Positions 19,739 to 28,172 of a stretch of 32,000 nt of DNA are shown here, in pieces. Position 1 is the stretch's first letter. Each line of letters opens with the position of its first letter. Made by a program: the position numbers and the translations under genes. Source of the stretch: Candidatus Heimdallarchaeota archaeon (GTDB lineage Archaea; Asgardarchaeota; Heimdallarchaeia; Heimdallarchaeales; Kariarchaeaceae). Under the pieces are notes generated by a model, which worked only from the letters and a program-made list of their open reading frames with translations, was not told the DNA's origin and searched no databases. The stretch is from positions 390,001 through 422,000 of the forward strand of contig JASBSB010000003.1 in assembly GCA_030149205.1 (NCBI GenBank), written 5' to 3'.

Positions 19739-19775
19739 TAAAATTTCTGAGGGTTGATTTTTTTCAGAAATTTTA
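19739..19775. promoter_or_regulatory. Perfect 12-bp inverted repeat, candidate operator in the divergent promoter
   Basis: TAAAATTTCTGA (19739-19750), 13-nt spacer, TCAGAAATTTTA (19764-19775). The operator role is inferred. Confidence 0.6.
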
Positions 19776-19832
19776 ATTGGTTTTCATCTCAGGAATCAAA
19801 ATTTTCTTAAGGTTGCAGTACTAATTTTCTTT

Positions 19833-20627
19833 GTGAGTCATAAGGAAATCGAGTCAATTCAGATTGATGAGTACTCTCCCGATATTTCTCAGTATAGTAA
19901 AACCAAGAGAGACCTACTACTGCTTTTGAAGAGAGAGGGTAACCTGACTTTGACAGAGCTTGCATCAAGACTTAATCTAAGTAAGATGGGGGTAAGTAAA
20001 CAGTTGGGCCAGCTTGAATCAATAGGGGTTGTAGAACGTACTTACCTTAAGAGAGGTAGGGGGAGACCAGCAGTAAGTTTCCAGTTAGGAGAATCATCCA
20101 AAAACATATTCCCAAGAGCGTATGCTTCATTAACCATCTCCACACTAAAGTTCATCAAGAGTAAACTCGGTATTGGTGCAATTAGAGAGCTGTTGCAGGA
20201 GAGAAAAGTAGAGGTTCTCTCAGGTTACAAAAATGAACTGGAAGATAGCTTAAAAAGTGATTCTGGAGAGAAGCCAACCCAATTTTTGCAGAAGAAGAAA
20301 ATTAAAAATTCAAAATCACAAGAAGATTATTTATCACAGAGTGAATTATCTACTAATGATAAAAGTGACACTTCATTCCTTACTAAAAAAGTATCATGGT
20401 TAGCCCAAAAAAGGGATCAGGAAGGATACATGGTGGAGCTTAAGGTCATTAACAGTGATAAATTTGAGATGTTGGAATTTAACTGCCCAATCTTTGATGT
20501 GGCAAATGAATACTGGGATGCCTGTGTTAAGGAGCAAGAGCTCTTTGAAGACTTGCTTGGTGTTCCTGTAAAAACCACTCACAGGGTTGTAGCTGGGAAT
20601 AATGTCTGTAGATTTTTGATTGGATAA
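19833..20627 (+). CDS. ArsR/SufR-like winged-helix transcriptional regulator with C-terminal three-Cys (putative Fe-S) domain
   Basis: N-terminal HTH (LTELASRLNLSKMGVSKQLGQLE), GRGRP wing, C-terminal NCP-x12-C-xxE...C pattern. Confidence 0.85.
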   Translation: MSHKEIESIQIDEYSPDISQYSKTKRDLLLLLKREGNLTLTELASRLNLSKMGVSKQLGQLESIGVVERTYLKRGRGRPAVSFQLGESSKNIFPRAYASLTISTLKFIKSKLGIGAIRELLQERKVEVLSGYKNELEDSLKSDSGEKPTQFLQKKKIKNSKSQEDYLSQSELSTNDKSDTSFLTKKVSWLAQKRDQEGYMVELKVINSDKFEMLEFNCPIFDVANEYWDACVKEQELFEDLLGVPVKTTHRVVAGNNVCRFLIG

Positions 20628-20766
20628 AAGTACTGCATTCACTGCAATATTTACACTGATTAAATAAGATAAAGGATGCTTCAATATTCCGTCAAACTGA
20701 ATATAATTGAATGAATTTATTTGTATGATAACGTCTAATTTATTTTGGAATCAATAATCTTGAGAT

Positions 20767-22053
20767 GTGGGTATTGAAACTAGGACATCTGGATCAAATG
20801 GTTTGATTCAAAGGTCTAAACGTTCAGCATGGATTTATTATGTATTTCAAATGATGCTCAGTTTCTCACAGAACCTTGCATATCAATACATTCCTTTGTA
20901 CAATCAGAAACTAGGTGCAGATGAGGTGGAGATGGGATTGATGACAGCAGTTCAAAATGTGTTTTCGACAGGCTTAAGTCCCATTTGGGGAAAAATTTCT
21001 GATCAGAAAGGTCGTCGATTATTCTTGTTGATTGGCTCATTTACTGCAACTGTTAGTGCCTTTACACTTGTGTTTGCAAGAAATCCGAATGATGTGTTGA
21101 TCTCTATCGCCATTAATTCCATTGGTTTATCCATGTTAATTCCAGCTTGGCAAGGTGCGATAGCAGATTATACTGAGGGTCAGGATAGGGGGAGTTTTAT
21201 TGGAAAGATAGTTGGTTCTTCTTATGCCTATGTGACACTTGCCTTGATCCTTTATTCCTTTTTTGCGCCATCTTTACCTATCACAGAGATAGAACAGTAT
21301 CGAATTCTAATGATAGTTTCAGCAAGCAATTTTGGGATAATGATCTTTCTGTCTTGGTTGGTGCTTGATGTAAGAAAGAATGGGGAAACTAGAAAGCAGT
21401 ATAGTCTATTTGAACCTTTTAAGGATAAGACCTACAGGAGATTCCTTATTGTAATACTCTTTTGGTGGTTTTGGATGAGTTTAGCATGGAGTTACTTTCC
21501 AACAGTAATAGCAGGTGTAATCAACGCCTCGGTGTCTGAGGTTGCATGGATGGCAATAGCAGGTACAGTCGTACAGGCAATTTCTTCATACAAGATGGGA
21601 TCATTGATCCAGAGGATAGGAGAAAGAAAATCTATAATCCTGGGTTTTCTTACCTTTACAATTGTTCCAATAAATTTTGCTTTTGCAACCGAGTGGTGGC
21701 ATCTTTTACCTGCACAGATAATTTCAGGAATTGGGATTGGCTTTGGATTTACCGCGCTTCAGACATATATTCTAAATATAGCAGGGTCTGAAAAGGCTGG
21801 GAACTATCAGGGGACGTACAATCTTCTTTGGGGAATAGTAACATTTGTGGGCTCATACTTTGGTGGTTGGATGCTGTTATGGTTAAAAGATACTGTGGGA
21901 ACTCTTCCATTGGCATTGACATATGCATTGTTGATAGTTGCAATGTTGCGATTCTTTTCGAATTTCATCATGATCTTCTTTCTACCAGACTCTAATGCGA
22001 ACAAAACTCAACCTCCAGAATTATACCCATCTGTGTATCCCCTTGATGAATAA
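20767..22053 (+). CDS. Major facilitator superfamily transporter
   Basis: About 12 TM segments; motif A GKISDQKGRR and its repeat GSLIQRIGERK. Confidence 0.93.
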   Translation: MGIETRTSGSNGLIQRSKRSAWIYYVFQMMLSFSQNLAYQYIPLYNQKLGADEVEMGLMTAVQNVFSTGLSPIWGKISDQKGRRLFLLIGSFTATVSAFTLVFARNPNDVLISIAINSIGLSMLIPAWQGAIADYTEGQDRGSFIGKIVGSSYAYVTLALILYSFFAPSLPITEIEQYRILMIVSASNFGIMIFLSWLVLDVRKNGETRKQYSLFEPFKDKTYRRFLIVILFWWFWMSLAWSYFPTVIAGVINASVSEVAWMAIAGTVVQAISSYKMGSLIQRIGERKSIILGFLTFTIVPINFAFATEWWHLLPAQIISGIGIGFGFTALQTYILNIAGSEKAGNYQGTYNLLWGIVTFVGSYFGGWMLLWLKDTVGTLPLALTYALLIVAMLRFFSNFIMIFFLPDSNANKTQPPELYPSVYPLDE

Positions 22054-22157
22054 TCCTAAGGTGTTGTCTTTAATTAGCATAATTGTAATTGTTATCATAA
22101 GGTAGTATTTTTAGTTAGAGTAATTGTTATTGTTGATGAGTTTTCGTTTCGTTTAAA

Positions 22158-23459
22158 CTAGACCCAGATTAATTCAATCTTAATTGATGTGTGACTTAAC
22201 CGCATTTTGAATGATTCGACAAGAAATTTTTCTGGTTCTGATTTTGTGGAGAGTTTAATCCTTAGATTTAGAGATGTATGATCTTCTTCCTCAATCCAAG
22301 GCTCTAGTGAGATCAAGGTTTTCTCAAGGTTGTTTTGGGTTAACAATTCTCTGTTCAGTTCAAACCCTCCTTTTGTTTTCATCCAGCAAATGGGTAGTCT
22401 TGTCAACAGTCTTAGTGGGGATTTTGGGGATTTTGAAGGCTTGACTTTTGTCAGAGATAGTTTCTTTATAAAATTACCTACAAATGAAGGTTCTTTACCT
22501 GAATCTGGAGACAACTTCCCCAGCCTATCATAAGAACTTTCCCATTGAAAAAGTCTTTGGGCAACCTCAGTCCAACTTCTATGATTTTTTGTACTCTTAG
22601 TAACTAGTGTAAGATGCTCTCCTGCAACTAATCCAATATAGGGAAGATAAGACTTGAATTGAGTAAATCCTCCGTTAAGTTTTTCAGGAACAGGTACAAT
22701 ATCTTTCCAAGCCCCCCAATAAGCCTCTTCTGGTCCATATTTTAAAAATTGCTTCTTTCTTTCTGTGCTGAGCTCGTCAGAATCATATACTGTCCATAGG
22801 AGTTCATCAATTAGTAAAGCAGATGGTGACCGTCGACCTAGCTTTCTTTTTGGGTTCCAATCTGGGATAAGGCGATGAAATGTCCATAGCATTTTGAATA
22901 CATTTGAGGCAGTTGGATGAGAAATCGCGATATGCACTTTTTCTTTTTCTTTAGGAGAAAGGTTTGAAATGTCTACTAATCTTTTAAATTCATCCCATTG
23001 ATCCTCACATTGCAACCATTCAAAAATTGCTGAGAGAAAGGGAAGATAAGCACCATCAACGTTCATCTGTCGATACCCTGTGTTTAACGGTCTCAAAAGT
23101 TGATCGATATCATCATCGAACCCTGACCACTGTACTTCCAAAAATTTTTCTGCTGCACACTGAATATTCCAAACTACTTTGGAGGTATAGAACCTATGGT
23201 GACCGGTCTCTGTTTCTTCAGCTTTGATAACAAAGGTGTCTGGCTTGCTTTCAACAAATAATTGTGGAGTATCAATTTCCCAGTCTTTTGGAATCCACCG
23301 ATAATGAATTTGTTTATGACTTGGACAGAATGCACCCTTAAATTCAAATCTTCTGTGTGTAATAATCGGGTCAACCTCACCACAACATGGACAGACCTCC
23401 TCATGGAGATCTTCACGAAGGGGAAATAGTTGATCTGAACCACACTCTATTACTTTCAA
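22158..23459 (-). CDS. Hypothetical protein with N-terminal Cys/His cluster; fourth gene of the vWA-kinase-PP2C operon
   Basis: 433-aa ORF. TTG start 5 nt after the PP2C stop with GAGGT upstream; CPCC-x18-CPSH motif. Confidence 0.8.
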   Translation of the reverse strand: MKVIECGSDQLFPLREDLHEEVCPCCGEVDPIITHRRFEFKGAFCPSHKQIHYRWIPKDWEIDTPQLFVESKPDTFVIKAEETETGHHRFYTSKVVWNIQCAAEKFLEVQWSGFDDDIDQLLRPLNTGYRQMNVDGAYLPFLSAIFEWLQCEDQWDEFKRLVDISNLSPKEKEKVHIAISHPTASNVFKMLWTFHRLIPDWNPKRKLGRRSPSALLIDELLWTVYDSDELSTERKKQFLKYGPEEAYWGAWKDIVPVPEKLNGGFTQFKSYLPYIGLVAGEHLTLVTKSTKNHRSWTEVAQRLFQWESSYDRLGKLSPDSGKEPSFVGNFIKKLSLTKVKPSKSPKSPLRLLTRLPICWMKTKGGFELNRELLTQNNLEKTLISLEPWIEEEDHTSLNLRIKLSTKSEPEKFLVESFKMRLSHTSIKIELIWV

Positions 23460-23464
23460 GAATT

Positions 23465-25321
23465 CTAAACCTCTAACTCAGCCCAATGTAAGATAATGAT
23501 ACTTTGATCATCAGTAGGTGTTGGATGAAAATCTTGTCTGGAGTTATTGTCGACACAGCAATTTGCAGTGATCCATTTCTTGAGGAGGACATTATATTCT
23601 TCCTCTGAAGAATTTGAACCCGGTACTAACACCTTCTTATAGAGGTGGTTAAGCACTTTTCCAGAACCGAATGATATTCCATCAGAGGACATTAAAATTG
23701 TCCCTCCGTTTAGATTCTGAATAGTTACCACAGGTTTTCCCAGTATGCCAAAGCTGGTAACTGCACTTTTCAAGTTCTTTTTCCTATCTTGTTGAGGGAA
23801 TAACAACTTTGAGAATCCCGTAAATTCTTTATTGAAATAAATCGCGTGTCCATCTCCAACCCAACCGAAGAAAAGACGATTATTTGCAACAACACTGACA
23901 AGGAAGGTAGTTGCACCTCCTGATAATTCTGTGTTTAAGCAGGCTCTGTTTATCGAGGAAACTAATAACGACTCCCATTGACTAAGAGAATCATTCTTGG
24001 GATCAAATTCCTCCTTAAAAACTTTGATGAATTCTGAGGGTAATCTTCTGGCAAGTTCTCTTGAAGCCTTTCCTTCGTTGCTCACCCCATCACAGAGAAT
24101 GATTCCTCTTATGAGGTTCCCAATTTCAAACGATTCTACATAATCCTGATCCTTGTTTAAATAAGGATTTAAAGCTGAAGCAACTAAAAATTTAGGTTCA
24201 TTATTGATTGTTGATTGTTTTGTATCAGTAATTTTGGTGTTGATTTGATCATTGGATGGTTTTTCAAAATTGGAGGAACTTTGGTAGTTTGATATCATGG
24301 ATTCAATTTCTGCACTTTGTGAGATCCTTATCGAATTAATTTCCCGTTGAATCTCTGCTAGTCGATCTACAGTTAGCTGATTTGGATCAGACGAATTACC
24401 AATTTCCATTACTTTAGGATCAATGATGTTGTTTAGACTTCCATTCTCATAACCCTTCTTCTTATTGGTCAAATGCACGTTTGAGTTTGTTTGTTCAGAG
24501 CCTTGACCAAATGGCTTGTTTTTTGTATGGTTTGATCCATAATCTGGTACTTTATTTTCCTCATTCTGCACTTGCTCGTTTAAGTGTTCATTGGAGTCAG
24601 AATAAGAAGATTCTCTTCCTAAATTATTAATTTCTTTTTTATGTAGATGGGATGGTTGCAACTCTGAGCTTTCTTTTATCCTTTCTTCATGGTTATATTC
24701 ATTTTCAGACTTGTAAGTATCATTTGATATGTGATCTCCATCTGAATCTGATACTGAATGTTTGGGGTTCCCAAGGTTGACAGAACCTTGATTGGTGCTA
24801 ATTCCTGAAGAATTTGTTTGATATCCTTCTTGGAGGTCAAGTTTAGGGTCTTTTGATTTGATTACGTTAGTGCTCCTCATAGGTCGAGGTACGCTAACGT
24901 GTTCATCGTTAGAATATCTTTTTTGAGAAACAGGTGTATTTTTGGTACTTGAATCAGCAATAGACAAAGTAGAATCTATCTGTTTATTAGAAGTTCCAGT
25001 TCTACGTTGTTGTGGATTATTAGTTTGATCAAAAGTTGCTTGAGATTGATTAAATCCTGTGAGAGAGCTTTCAGATGTCTTCAATTCATCGCTTTCATCC
25101 CCTGCCCATAAATATTTCCAAAATCGCTTCAACAGAGGTGGTTTTCTTTTCAGGTACATGGCTTCAATTTCTCTGTTATATTTTTGCACCTGTGTTTCCA
25201 CAGCCACTTTTAAAAGTTCTTTAACATCAGGATGAGTCCCAAATTTAGTCACCATGATGTCAGTTCGAATTTCAAATTCATGGAGGAATTTTTCGAGTAA
25301 TTTTTGTTCTTTGGATTTCAT
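23465..25321 (-). CDS. PP2C/PPM-family phosphatase with N-terminal helical domain and long disordered linker
   Basis: C-terminal ~245 aa carry the metal-binding motifs DQD, LCDGVS, VGDG, SSDGI, DDQSII. ATG 25321 follows AGGTGA (which contains the kinase stop) by 4 nt and is preferred over the track's 25396 start. Confidence 0.88.
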   Translation of the reverse strand: MKSKEQKLLEKFLHEFEIRTDIMVTKFGTHPDVKELLKVAVETQVQKYNREIEAMYLKRKPPLLKRFWKYLWAGDESDELKTSESSLTGFNQSQATFDQTNNPQQRRTGTSNKQIDSTLSIADSSTKNTPVSQKRYSNDEHVSVPRPMRSTNVIKSKDPKLDLQEGYQTNSSGISTNQGSVNLGNPKHSVSDSDGDHISNDTYKSENEYNHEERIKESSELQPSHLHKKEINNLGRESSYSDSNEHLNEQVQNEENKVPDYGSNHTKNKPFGQGSEQTNSNVHLTNKKKGYENGSLNNIIDPKVMEIGNSSDPNQLTVDRLAEIQREINSIRISQSAEIESMISNYQSSSNFEKPSNDQINTKITDTKQSTINNEPKFLVASALNPYLNKDQDYVESFEIGNLIRGIILCDGVSNEGKASRELARRLPSEFIKVFKEEFDPKNDSLSQWESLLVSSINRACLNTELSGGATTFLVSVVANNRLFFGWVGDGHAIYFNKEFTGFSKLLFPQQDRKKNLKSAVTSFGILGKPVVTIQNLNGGTILMSSDGISFGSGKVLNHLYKKVLVPGSNSSEEEYNVLLKKWITANCCVDNNSRQDFHPTPTDDQSIIILHWAELEV

Positions 25322-25325
25322 GAAT

Positions 25326-26213
25326 TCACCTGAAACATCTAGATCTGAAAGATGACCAAACCTGTTTCGCTGTTGGTCTCTTCTCCTGATCCTCATAGTT
25401 CATAAATACCTGCCCTATGGTTGCGGTAGCTATGGTATGGTTCATTACTTGGCGCACTTTATCAAGTATGGACTTATTTAAGTTTGGTTGAACCTTTGAG
25501 TGTTTAGATACAACCTCAAATTCTGGTGGCCAGATTCCTAACCCATTCTCTTGAATTTCAAGGAGCTCTAGGATGCTTTTATGGTCTGCAACACTCAAAA
25601 AAAAGAAGGGAGAATACCCAGTTAGTGCCTTCATAATAAGTGAAGCTAACCACCAGATGTCTGAGCTGAATGTAATCTCATTGTTTACTACCTCAGGAGG
25701 AATAGGCCAATCAGGAAATTGAATGTGCCCTTGCACAATTGGTTGAAGTTTCTTCTTCCTCTCTGGAGAGTATCCTGATCCATCAAAGTCAATGATTGCG
25801 ACCCTCCCAACATTGGAATAAAGAATATTTAAAGGGGCAAGATCTGAATGAATGATACTGTTGGAATGAATTTCCACAAGCCCAGCGGATAATCCTATAG
25901 CTATTCTCTCCCGATTCTTTAATCTTTTGGGTGGGCTGTACCCCTGGTAATAATCCTCAAATGTGCGATGTTTAAAGAGTCTGTAAAGCATAATTGGATT
26001 ACCTTCATTATCTGACCCATTATCAACCATCCAAGCCCTGGAAAGTGCACCGGTCTTGGGTTTGGAGATAATATTCCCTATTTTTCTCGCCCTTCGTTGA
26101 GCTTGCACAGAGTTTGAGTCTAACTGATTATACACTTTTAAGGCATATGTATCCCCTAGTGCTCTCACTTCATAAACTGTGCCTTGAGCACCCTGACCCA
26201 AACTTTGGATCAT
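25326..26213 (-). CDS. Ser/Thr protein kinase (TerY-P/YegI-like), possibly N-terminally extended to 26258
   Basis: LGQGAQGTVY, YALK, IHSDLAPLNIL, IIDFDG, PPE, SDIWWLA, RPT subdomain motifs. Confidence 0.92.
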   Translation of the reverse strand: MIQSLGQGAQGTVYEVRALGDTYALKVYNQLDSNSVQAQRRARKIGNIISKPKTGALSRAWMVDNGSDNEGNPIMLYRLFKHRTFEDYYQGYSPPKRLKNRERIAIGLSAGLVEIHSNSIIHSDLAPLNILYSNVGRVAIIDFDGSGYSPERKKKLQPIVQGHIQFPDWPIPPEVVNNEITFSSDIWWLASLIMKALTGYSPFFFLSVADHKSILELLEIQENGLGIWPPEFEVVSKHSKVQPNLNKSILDKVRQVMNHTIATATIGQVFMNYEDQEKRPTAKQVWSSFRSRCFR

Positions 26214-26268
26214 CTTAACCCTCGTCTTTCCATTCTTCGCAAGTTTTAAATGAATGATAGTCTCACCT

Positions 26269-26925
26269 TTATTTTCTCATTGCGATTAATGATGACCTTT
26301 CTAACAACCCACGTAAGTCATCTGGACTTGGGTCTTTTTTGAATAGATCAGGTGTTGAGACAAGATCCTTTAACAGTTCTTCTGCAGCATTTCCAAATGC
26401 TCCTGCTCCTACTGTGTACAGGTTTGCAAGCTTCATACCTCGTTGTTTTGGGTCATCTCCACGGTTCACCCATCCATCAGATAAGAGAATGATAGCTACC
26501 TTTCTTGCATCTGAATCAAGTTCTGAGCTTCTGTTCATGAACTCATCAGCTTTCTGTTCTGCCCATTGCAATCCTGCATCTAGGTTTGTGTTTCCATGAG
26601 GTCTTGGTAACTCTACTGGATTTTCTTTTGGTAATGCAATCACACTGGTTGTGTCAAGAATCTCTGTAACATCATTACTAAAAAGAGCAATTGCAATATT
26701 AAAACTGGATGCAGCCCTAGAACTTTGTAATCTTTGAATAAAGCCATTTGTAGCTTCTTCTGCCTCTTTATATTTGGGTTCTCCGGATGAGCCTTCTTCA
26801 TTCATACTACCTGATGCATCATATACTATGAGAACGAGCTCTTCTACGGTAATTGTTACAAAATCATCTGATAATCCCATGTCATCAAGACCAAGATCAA
26901 AAATTTCGTCTTCTTCACTGTTCAT
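26269..26925 (-). CDS. von Willebrand factor A domain protein (TerY-like)
   Basis: Complete MIDAS: YDASGSM, GNTNLDAGL, LLSDG. GAGTGAT upstream of the ATG. Confidence 0.92.
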   Translation of the reverse strand: MNSEEDEIFDLGLDDMGLSDDFVTITVEELVLIVYDASGSMNEEGSSGEPKYKEAEEATNGFIQRLQSSRAASSFNIAIALFSNDVTEILDTTSVIALPKENPVELPRPHGNTNLDAGLQWAEQKADEFMNRSSELDSDARKVAIILLSDGWVNRGDDPKQRGMKLANLYTVGAGAFGNAAEELLKDLVSTPDLFKKDPSPDDLRGLLERSSLIAMRK

Positions 26926-27064
26926 TTGTTATCACTCTTTGTCATACTCAAACTGATTTTGATTTGAATTAGTAATTGTGAAGTTTCAAAAGCTGTCCAT
27001 CCTATATTTTCACAATTTGAGTTTTGGATGTGAGTTTATAAGTGTATAAATGAATAAGATATAA

Positions 27065-27991
27065 ATGAATTACAAGATTGATACTTTCCAAAAGGACTAC
27101 ATCAAGGATCAGGTAAGAATTGGAGCAGATATATTCAACAAATGGAAATTTGGAGGACAAACCACAGAAGAGCAATTATTAAAGACATATGCTTCCCCAA
27201 ATTTTGACCCAACCACCAGATTTTATGCTTTAGACCAAGATGGTAAGGTTCATGGATTTTTGACTGCTGAGATTAAAGAGGATGGAAATAGCGCATGGTT
27301 CGAGTTTCCGTATATTGAGGAAGCATTTAGAGATGAAATCAATGAATTCCTGATTGAACATGCAATAAAATCACTTAAGTCAAGAGGTGTGAAGAAATTA
27401 GTTACTCGAGCGGGTCCCTACTGGGAGCCACAATTGTTGCAATGTCAAAAATATGGTTTTATACAGGAAGATCCAATAGTTTATGCTCTTTTCTTGGATC
27501 TAAATCAATTCAATTTAGCCTCAGATGTTGTAGAATATGACCCTATACAACATTCTGATATTTTGAAGGCACATTTTATGGACAAATTAAAAGTTCCCGT
27601 TGACCAAGTGGACGCAGCGTTAAACCGAGTGAATCAATTAAACGTTGGTGATGAGGGGTTAAACCCCTGGAATATAAAATATAAATTGGTAGCAAGAGGA
27701 ATAAAACTGGACAAAGGCGAGATTATAGGAAGGGTGACCGTCTTACGTACAGAAACCTTCCCTAAGAATGAGTCACAGATAATTGGTGGGCTTTATGCTA
27801 AAGACAACAGCACTAAGATCACAAGAGACTTACTCAGGTTCTCGGTTGAAAGCTCACTTAAACGTGGTTATGATAGAGTACGTGTTCATATTGGAATGTG
27901 GGGGGCAATTCAGGATTATGAATCACTCGACAAAATTGGATTAACATTACCTGATAAACCTGTTCTGTCCTACTATTCAAAGGAAATTTAA
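27065..27991 (+). CDS. Hypothetical protein, probable tandem GNAT fold
   Basis: FYALDQDGKVHGFL...PYIEEAFRDEINEFLIEHAIKSLKSRGVKKL...QKYGF, with a second similar repeat (LLRFSVESSLKRGYDRV). The acetyl-CoA loop is degenerate. Confidence 0.65.
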   Translation: MNYKIDTFQKDYIKDQVRIGADIFNKWKFGGQTTEEQLLKTYASPNFDPTTRFYALDQDGKVHGFLTAEIKEDGNSAWFEFPYIEEAFRDEINEFLIEHAIKSLKSRGVKKLVTRAGPYWEPQLLQCQKYGFIQEDPIVYALFLDLNQFNLASDVVEYDPIQHSDILKAHFMDKLKVPVDQVDAALNRVNQLNVGDEGLNPWNIKYKLVARGIKLDKGEIIGRVTVLRTETFPKNESQIIGGLYAKDNSTKITRDLLRFSVESSLKRGYDRVRVHIGMWGAIQDYESLDKIGLTLPDKPVLSYYSKEI

Positions 27992-28172
27992 ATGAGCCTA
28001 ACAATGAAGGATTCTCAAATCGAATTTGTTCTATCCAAAACAAAAAGTACCTTCCCCGCAGATAGGTGGAACTTGACCTTAGGGTAAAGATGATTTGAAA
28101 TATCAACAAATTAAGAATACTTGTCTTTGGCTGAGGCGAAGAATAAAATAACAGATAGAGTATTCTTTCAAT

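Noticed and set aside
25322-25396. 71-nt kinase/PP2C overlap implied by the ORF track
   Set aside because: An SD-supported ATG at 25321 just after the kinase stop removes the overlap.
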